From Candidatus Multivoradales bacterium (lineage in GTDB: Bacteria > Acidobacteriota > Thermoanaerobaculia > Multivoradales > JAHEKO01): a stretch of DNA of 64,000 nt. Location: NCBI GenBank assembly GCA_965223855.1, contig CBDCXM010000009.1, forward strand, positions 2,432,001 to 2,496,000, written 5' to 3'. Both the position numbers and the translations under genes were made by a program. Shown one piece after another: positions 1-8,933 of the stretch (positions are counted from its first letter, which is position 1; each line of letters opens with the position of its first letter). The notes under the pieces were generated by a model. That model worked only from the letters and a program-made list of their open reading frames with translations. It made no database searches and was not told the origin of the DNA.

Positions 1-1746
1 GCGGATCGTGCCGTTGCAGGTGATGCCGTTCGTCGTGCCACCGCCCTGGCAGCCACGGAACGCCCAGCCGCCGTCGGTCGCCTGAGCGACGTTGCCGACC
101 GTGCCGTATCCCTGGAGGGTCGTGGCGTTGAAGTAGGTGTGGTACATCCGCACGTTGGTGGTGTCCGGAGCGTTCTGATCGACCACGGTGTAGCCGCCGT
201 CGCCGAAGTCCGCGCGGAACCAGCTCTCGTCGGGGCGATAGAAGTTGGTGCCGTTGTCCTGCGTCCCGCCGATCGCGAAGTGAGGATCGGTCGGGTGAGT
301 GTCGATGTCCATGAACTGGGTGGCGGTGAACTGGCTGTTATTGAGGCTCGTCCAGTTGTTGCCGCCGTCGTCCGAACGGTAGATGCCGCCGTCGGTGCCG
401 AGGTAGAGCCGGCTGAGATCGGACGGCGCGACGGCGATGGCGTGGGTGTCGACGTGGACGCCGGCGTTGCTCTCGGTGAACGACGTGCCGCCGTTGGTCG
501 AGAAGGCGAAGACGACCGCGGGGGCGCCGCCGAGATAGACGTTGTCGGCATTCGTCGGATCGACCGCGATCGCGATGTCGTAGAAGCACTGGGGCGTGCA
601 GAAGTTGTTGTCGATCCGCTGTGTCCAGGTGGCGCCGCCGTCGGTCGAGCGCAGCACCCGCCCGCCGCCGTTGCCGGTGGCGGCGTAGAAGGTGGCGTCG
701 GGACCGGCGGTGTGCTGCACCGCGAACTCGGCTGTGCGGTCGCTCGTCCCGCCGCTGAAGACCTCGACCTGGGTGAAGGTCGGGCTGGGGGAGAGCGCGT
801 TCGTCGAATGGTAGATGCCGGGATCTACCGAGACGGTGTTGGCGACGAGGATGTCGGGATCGAGCGGGTCGAGCGCGATGTCCCGCACGCTGGTGTCGGC
901 ATCACTCGCCAGCCCGGTCAGCTTGGTGAAGGTCGGGGCGCCGGAGGTGGCGTTGGTGGAGCGGTAGATACCGCGGGAGGGCAGCGGCCCCGAAGTGGCG
1001 ACGATTCCGCCGACTCCCGACGTGGTGGCGACGAAGATCGTGCCCGGGTCGGTCGGGTGGACGAGGATCTTGCTGATCCCGCGTCCGGTAAAGACGTCGC
1101 TGGCACCGCCGTCCTGGTTGAAGGGACCCGAGATGACCGGGGAGTTGGTGTTGGCGGAGTCGATGCGGTAGACGCCGACGCCGAAGAAGCTGTCCGCCGA
1201 GAAATTGTGCTCACCCGTGCCGACGTAGACGGTGCTGGGGTCGGACGGTGCGATGGCAATGGCACCGATGGCGAGCGACGCTTCGCTGTCGAAGAGGCGC
1301 GTCCAGTTGGTACCGCCGTCGGTCGACTTGTAGAGGCCGCCCTGAGCGGTGCCGACGTACACGAGATCTTCGTCGCTCGGATCGACGGCGATCGAGATCG
1401 TCCGCCCGGAGGCGGTCGTCGTCGGCGGTTGGGAGACCTGTGCATTGGGGATCGGGTCCGGGCCGAGTTCGGTCCAGGTCGCTCCGAATGCGAGCGGCCG
1501 CGGCAGATCGAGCGCCGCTTTGAGCTGCAGCACGGCGTTCGGCCGGGCGAAGCGGTCGAAGGCGCGGAACTCGTGGATGCCGCGTCGCATCGCGATGTCC
1601 TCCGCCCGCTCGGTCAGAAACGCCTCCTTGTCGAGGCCGGTGACGGAGGAGTGCGGGACTTTCGACGATTGGGCTGAAGAGGTTCCGGCGAGCACCGAGA
1701 ACCCCAGAACGGAGACGAGAGCGAGAAGGGCGAGACAACGTTTCAT
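1..1746 (-). CDS. Secreted BNR/Asp-box beta-propeller protein (VPS10/sortilin/GH74-like); 3' end runs off the window
   Basis: Manually translated open frame from ATG 1746 (AGGAG upstream). Signal peptide MKRCLALLALVSVLGFSVLA, then WTELGP..SGRTISIAVDP..VYVGTAQGGLYKSTDGGTNW, further SxDGGxxW Asp-boxes, VHVDTHA and GGTQDNG. Missing from the ORF track because no stop lies in the window. Confidence 0.85.
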   Translation of the reverse strand, partial: MKRCLALLALVSVLGFSVLAGTSSAQSSKVPHSSVTGLDKEAFLTERAEDIAMRRGIHEFRAFDRFARPNAVLQLKAALDLPRPLAFGATWTELGPDPIPNAQVSQPPTTTASGRTISIAVDPSDEDLVYVGTAQGGLYKSTDGGTNWTRLFDSEASLAIGAIAIAPSDPSTVYVGTGEHNFSADSFFGVGVYRIDSANTNSPVISGPFNQDGGASDVFTGRGISKILVHPTDPGTIFVATTSGVGGIVATSGPLPSRGIYRSTNATSGAPTFTKLTGLASDADTSVRDIALDPLDPDILVANTVSVDPGIYHSTNALSPSPTFTQVEVFSGGTSDRTAEFAVQHTAGPDATFYAATGNGGGRVLRSTDGGATWTQRIDNNFCTPQCFYDIAIAVDPTNADNVYLGGAPAVVFAFSTNGGTSFTESNAGVHVDTHAIAVAPSDLSRLYLGTDGGIYRSDDGGNNWTSLNNSQFTATQFMDIDTHPTDPHFAIGGTQDNGTNFYRPDESWFRADFGDGGYTVVDQNAPDTTNVRMYHTYFNATTLQGYGTVGNVAQATDGGWAFRGCQGGGTTNGITCNGTIR

Positions 1747-1834
1747 GACGGCTTCTCCTGTGGTGGAGAGGGTTGCGTGGAGCCCCCGGGCGGGGGCGCT
1801 GACAGCGGGTGGGCTCGGGCTACGCGCTTATGCG

Positions 1835-1863
1835 AGTGTCCGCCTCCCTCGTAGCCATGTCAA
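1835..1863 (-). promoter_or_regulatory. Putative sigma70 promoter for the BNR protein
   Basis: On the minus strand: perfect TTGACA (1863-1858), 17-nt spacer, weak -10 GACACT (1840-1835), about 90 nt upstream of ATG 1746. Confidence 0.45.
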
Positions 1864-1900
1864 GGGAGCGGTCGCAGCGGGCTCCGAGCTCCAAGCCCGG

Positions 1901-3724
1901 TCATCGTTCGTCAGCCCGCCGCGTCCGCGTGTTGGAGTCGGTCCTCCCGTCCTCGTAGAGGCCGGTCACGCCCGTGACGGCTCCCGACTCGTCGGTCTCG
2001 AAACGCAGCCGGAAGAAGTCGGCGCTCCGCAGGACGAAGGTGTCGGGTGCGAGGGCGAAGAGCTCGGCGTAGTCCTCCGGTCGTGTGGCATCGCGGCCGT
2101 AGAAGAGGCGGCCGTCTCTGAGTTCCACCCGGCGGACTTCGTACTCGCCGGCGAACCTCTCGAGTCGCGCCGGGTCGACCTCGACGGGCCGATGGAGTGC
2201 ACGCAGCCACGCATGGAACCAATCGAGCTCACCCTCGCGCTCGCCCGATCCGAGCGCCGCCTCCAGGCTGCGGAGGGCCGCTTCGCCGCCGAAATGATCG
2301 AGAGAGAACCGCACTTCCTCCCGGATCGCTTCGATCGATTCGGGGAAGAGCTCCCGTCGCCACGCGAAGACCTCCAGCGCCTCCTGTGGCGACCGCTCCC
2401 GAGCGACGATGGTCGCGGCCCAGCGGAAGGACTCCTCGTCCTCCAGGCCTTCGAGAGCCCCCGAATCTCCCACCTCGCGCCAGTACTTGCGGCCGGCCTC
2501 GACCCCTGCGGCGGCGAGGGTATTGAGCCACTGCTGCCAGGGAGCATCCCAGGCGCGGTAGCCGAGGTAGTCGAACGGCGACGACCGATCTCCGGTCAGA
2601 AGGGCAACGACGTCTGCCGCGATGCCCTCGAGCCGCTGGCTGTTGCCCATCAGGACGACCGCGACGCGAGGCTCGAGGAAGGCGATCGAGTAGTTGGCGC
2701 TGCCGACGTCGTTGCCGGTATGGAAGATGGCGGGACCGAACGGAGTTTCGACGTACCCCCATCCCAGGGTCCAGCCGAGCCCGGTCGCTTCGTGCTCCGA
2801 CGTCGTCTCGACAGCGAGGGGGCCGAACATCCGACGATGGCGCACCTGGACCTGGCGGGACACCAGGCCTCGCCGGGCAGTGTCCGACAGTCCCTCGCCC
2901 GTCAGGACCGCGCGGAGGAACCGTGCGTAGTCGACGGCCGTCGTCTGTAGCGATCCCGCGGCCTGCGGTTCGTCGCGACGTTCCCGTCGGAGCGGTCGCC
3001 CCGCGAGGTCGTGATCTTCGGCGTAGTCGGTTTCGAACCGCTCCTGCCAGACCATGCTCGACCGCTTCATGCCGAGGGGCGCGAAGACCTCCTCCTGGGC
3101 AAGCTCCTCGAAGCCCTTGCCGGTGTGCTCTTCGATCGCCAGCTGCAGGAAGGCGAAGCCCTCACCCGAGTAGCTGTGGCGCTCTCCCGGCTCGTAGAGA
3201 AAGCTCAGCCGGTCTTCAGGCGTGAACCAGCGCCAGTTCGGCCAGCCGGTGGTGTGCGTCAGGACGTGGCGGGCGGTGAGCGCCCGATGCCGCTCGTCGC
3301 CCTCGAGATCGGTGTAGAAATCGTAGGTCGGCAGCGAGGCAGGCAGAAGTTCGGCCAGCGGGCGGTCGAGGTCGAGCCTTCCCTGATCGACGAGCCTCAT
3401 GGCGAGGTACGCGGTGATCGTCTTGCTGAACGAGAGCCCGGCGAACGACGTCGCCTCGGTGAGCGGACGGTGGTCCCTCACGTCGCGGACGCCGTAGTTC
3501 TCCTGGAGGACGAGCTCGCCGTCGTGGAGGACGGCGATCGCCATGCCGGGCAAGCGGACGGCTTCCATCCAACCCGCGATCCGGGTCTCGATCTCCGCGG
3601 CCGAGACCGTCGAGCCGTCGAGCCGGACGAGGTCGGGCTCGTCTTCGGCGTCGACCGGCCGGGCTGGAAGAGAAACGGTGAGAAGGACGATTGCGATTCC
3701 GCGCCACCAGGGTCGGGCTGCCAT
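1901..3724 (-). CDS. Secreted serine hydrolase (beta-lactamase/PBP-like family) with helical TPR-like region and C-terminal beta domain
   Basis: SxxK (SFSK), LTHTTG, PGERHSYSGEG, HTG motifs; signal peptide MAARPWWRGIAIVLLTVSLPA. Confidence 0.85.
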   Translation of the reverse strand: MAARPWWRGIAIVLLTVSLPARPVDAEDEPDLVRLDGSTVSAAEIETRIAGWMEAVRLPGMAIAVLHDGELVLQENYGVRDVRDHRPLTEATSFAGLSFSKTITAYLAMRLVDQGRLDLDRPLAELLPASLPTYDFYTDLEGDERHRALTARHVLTHTTGWPNWRWFTPEDRLSFLYEPGERHSYSGEGFAFLQLAIEEHTGKGFEELAQEEVFAPLGMKRSSMVWQERFETDYAEDHDLAGRPLRRERRDEPQAAGSLQTTAVDYARFLRAVLTGEGLSDTARRGLVSRQVQVRHRRMFGPLAVETTSEHEATGLGWTLGWGYVETPFGPAIFHTGNDVGSANYSIAFLEPRVAVVLMGNSQRLEGIAADVVALLTGDRSSPFDYLGYRAWDAPWQQWLNTLAAAGVEAGRKYWREVGDSGALEGLEDEESFRWAATIVARERSPQEALEVFAWRRELFPESIEAIREEVRFSLDHFGGEAALRSLEAALGSGEREGELDWFHAWLRALHRPVEVDPARLERFAGEYEVRRVELRDGRLFYGRDATRPEDYAELFALAPDTFVLRSADFFRLRFETDESGAVTGVTGLYEDGRTDSNTRTRRADER

Positions 3725-3829
3725 GGCCCGAGGATATCCAAGCGCCTCCCCGAACGCGGTCTCCTGGAATCCGGGCGACGCGGCCGGCGTTGCGAACCTC
3801 GAGGTCTCTCCATACCCTGGGAGGTGATG

Positions 3830-5371
3830 ATGCGTCGGCGACTCTTCGTGGTGTCCGCTCTTGTGCTTGCCGTCTCGTTCACTGTGGCGGGTGCCTTCGG
3901 CCCGTCCCCGACGGGCCCGCACGACGCCCTGGTCGAGGGACTCGAGAAGCCGGATCCTGAGGCCTATTGGCTACCTCGCCACAGGGCGGCTCTGCTCGAG
4001 GATCCACTGCTGTTCCCGCGTCGGGCGTCGGCGACGGACGCCGCCGGGGCACCGCTGCGGTTCCGCAACAAGAGGCGTGTCAGCACCGACCTGCTCGAGC
4101 CGCCCTCCGCGGTACTGCCGACCGCCCAGGCGGAGGCGCAGACGGAGCCGTATGTCGCCGTCAATCCCGAGAATCCCCTCCACCTGGTGGCCGGTTGGCA
4201 GGAGGATCGCTTCTCGGACGGCGGTGCCCGTGCACTGGGCGTCGCGGTTTCGCTCGACGGCGGTCGGCGCTGGACCGATGCGCTCGTACCCGGGTTGACG
4301 ATCGCCTCCGGCGGCACCTGGTCGCGGGCGTCGGATCCGTGGCCTGCTTTCGGACCGGGAGGCGTCGTCTACTTCAACAGCCTGCTCTTCGAGCCCGGCC
4401 TTCCCAACGACAACGCGATCGCGGTCAGCATCTCCGAGGACGGCGGTTTCACCTGGGGGCCGCCGGTGGAGGTGGTCAGGGATCCTCTCGACTTTCACGA
4501 CAAGAACTCGATGGTGGTCGACACGGTCTCGACCGGTCCCCACCGGGGCAACGCGTATGTCGCCTGGGACATCAACCTGTTCCGCGGCGGCCGGTACGTC
4601 GCTCAGCGGCTGGTGGTGGCGCGATCGACGGACGGCGGCCGCAGCTGGAGCCGGCCGCGGAGGGTGGCGCAGGGGCCGACCAACATCGGCGTCGTCCTGC
4701 GCGTCGGCTCCGACGGCACGGTCTACGCCGTCTGGGCGGCGGCGTTGCCGGGTGCGCCGACTCTGTCGCTGCGTTTCGCCAGCAGCACCAACGGCGGCCG
4801 GCGCTTCAGCAGCCCGCGCAAGATCGCCGACATGCTGCCGATCGGCGTCGAAGGGTGGCGATCCGGAGCGATCCTCCCTTCGCTGGCGATCGATCCGCTG
4901 ACCCAAGACCTCTACGTTGCCTGGGCCGATGCCCGGTTCACCGGTACCGACCAGGCGACGGTCGTGGTGTCGCGCGACGGCGGTGCCAGCTGGACGGCGC
5001 CGATGCGGGTGAGCCGCGGTCCCGACGCCAGTCCGGCGATGACGGTCAGCGTGACGACCAACGGTGCGGGCGAAGCTCTGGTCGGCTACTACACGATTCG
5101 CAACGTCGTCGGGCGCCCGACCTTCGCCGACTACTTCGTCACCCGGTCGCGCAACCGCGGAGAATCGTTCGGGCCGCGCGTGCGGGTGAGCCGACCGTCG
5201 TTCGATGCCGGTCAGGCGGCGAGGGCCGCCCAGGGGGCCTTCTTCCTCGGTGACTACGTCGGCCTCACCGGTACGGACGACGGTTTCGTCGCGGTCTTCA
5301 CGGCTGCGTTCGCGCCCTCCCGGCTGGGACCGGGGCGGCAGGCCGACGTGTTCGCCGTGGTTTCGCGCTGA
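3830..5371 (+). CDS. Secreted sialidase-like BNR/Asp-box beta-propeller protein
   Basis: GGAGG before ATG; signal peptide; repeated Asp-boxes SLDGGRRW, SEDGGFTW, STDGGRSW, STNGGRRF, SRDGGASW; C-terminal FLGDYVGL. Confidence 0.8.
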   Translation: MRRRLFVVSALVLAVSFTVAGAFGPSPTGPHDALVEGLEKPDPEAYWLPRHRAALLEDPLLFPRRASATDAAGAPLRFRNKRRVSTDLLEPPSAVLPTAQAEAQTEPYVAVNPENPLHLVAGWQEDRFSDGGARALGVAVSLDGGRRWTDALVPGLTIASGGTWSRASDPWPAFGPGGVVYFNSLLFEPGLPNDNAIAVSISEDGGFTWGPPVEVVRDPLDFHDKNSMVVDTVSTGPHRGNAYVAWDINLFRGGRYVAQRLVVARSTDGGRSWSRPRRVAQGPTNIGVVLRVGSDGTVYAVWAAALPGAPTLSLRFASSTNGGRRFSSPRKIADMLPIGVEGWRSGAILPSLAIDPLTQDLYVAWADARFTGTDQATVVVSRDGGASWTAPMRVSRGPDASPAMTVSVTTNGAGEALVGYYTIRNVVGRPTFADYFVTRSRNRGESFGPRVRVSRPSFDAGQAARAAQGAFFLGDYVGLTGTDDGFVAVFTAAFAPSRLGPGRQADVFAVVSR

Positions 5372-5556
5372 CTGCCGGCCCGACGAGGGGGCGCGCTCGC
5401 CCGGGCCCGGTGTCGGTCCGCACTCAGGGGGCCGGCCTGCGATATCTTGCGATCGTGAATCTTCGGCAGTGGGGGAGCGGAAGGTCTCGCGCGACGGTGG
5501 CCCAGCGGTGACGGGTACGCGCGCGACACCGATCGAGAGCTCTCGAGGAGGCTGAG

Positions 5557-8460
5557 GTGGAGGCGGCGGGATCGAACTGGTCACGACTGTGCCGACGCCT
5601 GGGGGTGACCGTCTACCGAGGCGAGGGCCGGGCGGCACTACTGCTCTTCTTCTCGTTCTTCCTCTGCCTGACATTCCAGTACGCCGCCAAGACGGTCCGT
5701 CAGGCGACCTTCGTCGACAGCCTCGGTGCCGCGCAGCTTCCGTGGGTCTATCTCATGGTGGCCGTCGTCTCCTACCCGGCGGCGTGGCTGATCGCTCACT
5801 TCTCCCGTGTCGCTTCGCTCCGGAAGGTGGCGATCTCGTCCTTCTCGATCGTCGCGCTCAGCCTGCTCGGCTTCTGGTGGCTGTTCGGCCTCGGGTCCAA
5901 CTGGGTGCCGGTGGCGTTCTACGTCTGGGTGTCGGTGGCGATCGCCGTGACGATGACCCAACTCTGGGGACTGGCGAGCGAGACCTTCGACGCCCGGCAG
6001 GCGAAGCGACTGTTCGGTTTCCTCGGTGGCGGTGCCCTGCTGGGCGGGATCGCCGGCGGCCTGGTGGCGCGCTTCGCCGCCGCGCAGGCGGCGCCGCGCG
6101 ATGCACTTCTGGTGGCGGCGGCGCTGCTCGTGGCGATCGCGCTCCTGCTCCCGCTGCTCGACAGGAAGCCGGTCGCGTCGCGATCCGCCGGACACGTGGT
6201 CGCCCGAGAGTCGAAGCGCAAGGGGTGGTCGCTGCTTCGACGCTCGCCCTACGTGCGCCTCATCGCCGCCGTCATGCTGCTGACCGTGGTGGTGTCGCAG
6301 GTCGTCGATCTGCAGTTCAACTGGGCGGTCGAGGTTTCCACCGGCAGCCTCGAGGATCGCACTGCGTTCTTCGGCAACTTCTTCAGCCTCATGGGCGTGG
6401 CGGCTCTGTTCTTCCAACTCTTCCTGACGACCCGCATTCACAAGGCTCTCGGCGTCGGCGTGGCGTTGAGAGTCCTTCCCGCCTCACTGGGTGCCGGCAC
6501 GCTGGCGCTGCTGATCACCGCTTCCGCGTTGCCGGGCAGCCTGCTGATCGCGGTCCTCGGGCTCAAGCTGATCGAGAGCGGCATGCGCTACTCGATCGAC
6601 GATTCGTCGCGCGAGCTCCTCTTCCTGCCGTTGACGCGCGACGATCGCGTCGAGGCCAAGGCGTTCGTCGACATCGTCGTCAAGCGCGGCGCGAAGGGGG
6701 TCGCGGCGATCGTGCTGCTCCCGGTCACCCTGGGCTGGCTCACACCCGTGAGTCTCGGCTGGCTTTCGCTGGCCGCCGTCGTCGTCTGGCTGTGGCTGGT
6801 CTCGCGGGTGGTCCGGGGATACGTCCGCAGCTTCCGTCGCGGCCTCGAGCGTCGCGAGATCGACCGTGGGGCGTTCATCGACCTCTCGGACGGCACGACA
6901 CTGGCACTGCTGGTGGAGTCGCTCGGCAGTCTCGACGGCCGCCAGGTCGTGCACAGCATCGACCTTCTCGCGGACCAGGGACACGCCAGGCTCGTGCCGC
7001 CGCTGCTGCTGTTCCACGACGATCCCGAGGTTCGTCTGAGGACTCTCCGCGTGCTGGCAGCCGAGGGGAGGAGCGACGCTCTGCCGCTGGTCGAGCGGCG
7101 GCTCGCTGACGACAGCCCGGAAGTGAGGGCCGAGGCGACCCGCGTGCTCGCGGAGATGAGGCACGAGGACGCCTGCGAGATGATGCTGCCGCGACTCGGC
7201 TCGCACGAGGTCGGGGTCAAGGCGGCGGCGATCGCCTGCCTGGCAACGCACGGTGACGGCGAGATGGCCTCGACCGCCGAGGAGACGCTCGAAGACCTGA
7301 TCTCCGAGGCGGAGGCCGAGGCGAGGATCGAGGCGGCGCGAGTCATCGGCGCTCTCTCCGAACAGCGCTTCGCCGGCCGGCTGGTCCTGCTGCTCTACGA
7401 CCCGGAGCCGGAGGTCGTGAGGGCAGCGATCGGAGCGATCCGGCGACGTTGCGAGCGCGACGGCCCCAACCCCCTCTACCTGCCGACGCTGATCTCGCTG
7501 CTGGCGAACCGGCGGCTCAAGCACGACGCACGGCAGGCGCTGGCGGCCTACGGAGCCGATGCCGTTCCGGCGCTCGTTCACATGATGGAAGAGCCGGACG
7601 AGCCGATCTGGGTCCGTCGGGCCATCCCGAAGACGATCGCGAGGATCGAAGATCCCGGCGCGCGGGAGGCGCTCCTTCAAGGGCTGGGGGTGCATACGGA
7701 CCCCTTCCTGCGACGAAAGCTCCTCGAGGCGCTCGCCTCGACCGGAAAGGCTCCTCTCGACTCGGTCGCCGCCCAGAGGGTTCGCAGCGAGATTCGCGTC
7801 GAGGCGAGGCGCTACCTTCTGATGCTGGCCGATCTCTACACTCTCGACCCCGGAGCCGCGGAGGAAGTGCATGCGCTGAGGATCGCCTCGCCGGTGCGGC
7901 TGCTCGATCGTCTCCTCGCGGAGCGGGCCGAGGACCACCGCCGCAATCTGTTCTTCCTGCTCTCCTTCCTCTACGAGCGGGAGTCGATCTGGAACGCGTT
8001 CCGCGGGCTCGGCGAGCCGTCGCTGCGGCCCAGTGCGCTCGAGTACCTCGACTACACCCTGGGCGGCGATGAACATCGTGACGTGCTCGCCGCGATCGGC
8101 GACGCGCCTCTGGTGGAGAAGTTGGGCCGCTCCGAGCGGACCTTCGGCATCGCGCGGGGCTCGAGGTCGGTGGTCGTCGCCAAGCACCTGTCCCCGCAGG
8201 ACGATGCGAAGGTCGATGCGCCCTTCCTGACGGTCGGGGCGATTCACGCGGTGGTCTCCGACCAGCTCATCGATCTGCTCCCGGTCGTCGAGTCGCTCCT
8301 CTCGACCGCCACCGACGACTTCGTGCTCGAGACCGCAACCTGGGCGCTCGGGACAGGAATGGCGCAGGGTCGTGCCGTCCGCATGCGGCAGGAAGGACCA
8401 CGGGAACCTCCGGGGACAGCCCCGGGGCGAGCCAGGCGGGAGGGCAGAGACCGGACATGA
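5557..8460 (+). CDS. NTT/TLC-like (Npt1/Npt2) nucleotide transporter MFS domain fused to HEAT repeats
   Basis: About 12 TM helices with family-like motifs (KTVRQATF, QLPWVY, FYVWVSV, W..ASETFDARQAKRLFG, RYSIDDSSRELLFLP, AKAFVD), followed by HEAT repeats (DDPEVRLRTLRVL, DDSPEVRAEATRVL, DPEPEVVRAAIGAI). Confidence 0.85.
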   Translation: MEAAGSNWSRLCRRLGVTVYRGEGRAALLLFFSFFLCLTFQYAAKTVRQATFVDSLGAAQLPWVYLMVAVVSYPAAWLIAHFSRVASLRKVAISSFSIVALSLLGFWWLFGLGSNWVPVAFYVWVSVAIAVTMTQLWGLASETFDARQAKRLFGFLGGGALLGGIAGGLVARFAAAQAAPRDALLVAAALLVAIALLLPLLDRKPVASRSAGHVVARESKRKGWSLLRRSPYVRLIAAVMLLTVVVSQVVDLQFNWAVEVSTGSLEDRTAFFGNFFSLMGVAALFFQLFLTTRIHKALGVGVALRVLPASLGAGTLALLITASALPGSLLIAVLGLKLIESGMRYSIDDSSRELLFLPLTRDDRVEAKAFVDIVVKRGAKGVAAIVLLPVTLGWLTPVSLGWLSLAAVVVWLWLVSRVVRGYVRSFRRGLERREIDRGAFIDLSDGTTLALLVESLGSLDGRQVVHSIDLLADQGHARLVPPLLLFHDDPEVRLRTLRVLAAEGRSDALPLVERRLADDSPEVRAEATRVLAEMRHEDACEMMLPRLGSHEVGVKAAAIACLATHGDGEMASTAEETLEDLISEAEAEARIEAARVIGALSEQRFAGRLVLLLYDPEPEVVRAAIGAIRRRCERDGPNPLYLPTLISLLANRRLKHDARQALAAYGADAVPALVHMMEEPDEPIWVRRAIPKTIARIEDPGAREALLQGLGVHTDPFLRRKLLEALASTGKAPLDSVAAQRVRSEIRVEARRYLLMLADLYTLDPGAAEEVHALRIASPVRLLDRLLAERAEDHRRNLFFLLSFLYERESIWNAFRGLGEPSLRPSALEYLDYTLGGDEHRDVLAAIGDAPLVEKLGRSERTFGIARGSRSVVVAKHLSPQDDAKVDAPFLTVGAIHAVVSDQLIDLLPVVESLLSTATDDFVLETATWALGTGMAQGRAVRMRQEGPREPPGTAPGRARREGRDRT

Positions 8461-8489
8461 GAGAGTCGAGTCGGCGAGTGGAGGTCGGA

Positions 8490-8933
8490 ATGACTGAGTT
8501 GGCGCGCATCGAGCGAGTCCTGCTGCTCCAGCGAGTGAAGCTGCTGGCTTCGTGCAGTGCGGACCAGATTCTGCGTATCTCCGGCATCACCAGCGAGGGC
8601 ACCTTCGAGGCGGGGGAGGTGATCTACGAGGCGGGCGAGCCGGCGAGGGCGCTCTATTTCGTCGAGCGCGGTACCGTGAGGCTCACGCCGGCGCGCCCCG
8701 GCGAGACCCTCGTGGGTCCGGCCCAGACGTTCGGGGTCGTGGAGATCCTGAGTGGTCGGATGCGCACCCGCACCGCGATGGCGGAGTCGGAGACCCGCGT
8801 CCTGGCGGTCAGTGCGGAAGACTTCTTCGATCTGCTCTCGAACAACATCGAGATCGTCAAGGCGCTCTTCCGCCAGCTCCTCGGTGAGCGGGCCGCGGAT
8901 ACCGACGCCGGAGAGACAGGGAGTAGCCGATGA
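8490..8933 (+). CDS. Stand-alone cyclic-nucleotide-binding-fold protein
   Basis: GGAGG before ATG 8490 (alternative start 8457 overlaps the upstream stop); FEAGEVIYEAGEPARALYFVERGTV...FGVVEILSGRMRTRTAMA; no HTH. Confidence 0.85.
   Translation: MTELARIERVLLLQRVKLLASCSADQILRISGITSEGTFEAGEVIYEAGEPARALYFVERGTVRLTPARPGETLVGPAQTFGVVEILSGRMRTRTAMAESETRVLAVSAEDFFDLLSNNIEIVKALFRQLLGERAADTDAGETGSSR

Noticed and set aside
139-1677. 512-aa plus-strand ORF and many other long ORFs (e.g. 1349-2950 +, 6484-8247 -, 8654-10684 -, 18656-20737 -, 56604-58697 +)
   Set aside because: Antisense or alternate-frame shadows of motif-bearing genes, typical of high-GC DNA; no recognisable motifs.
5557-8460. Evidence of an intracellular energy-parasite lifestyle from the NTT-like carrier
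   Set aside because: HEAT-fused NTT-like proteins occur in free-living bacteria, and the window shows no sign of genome reduction.
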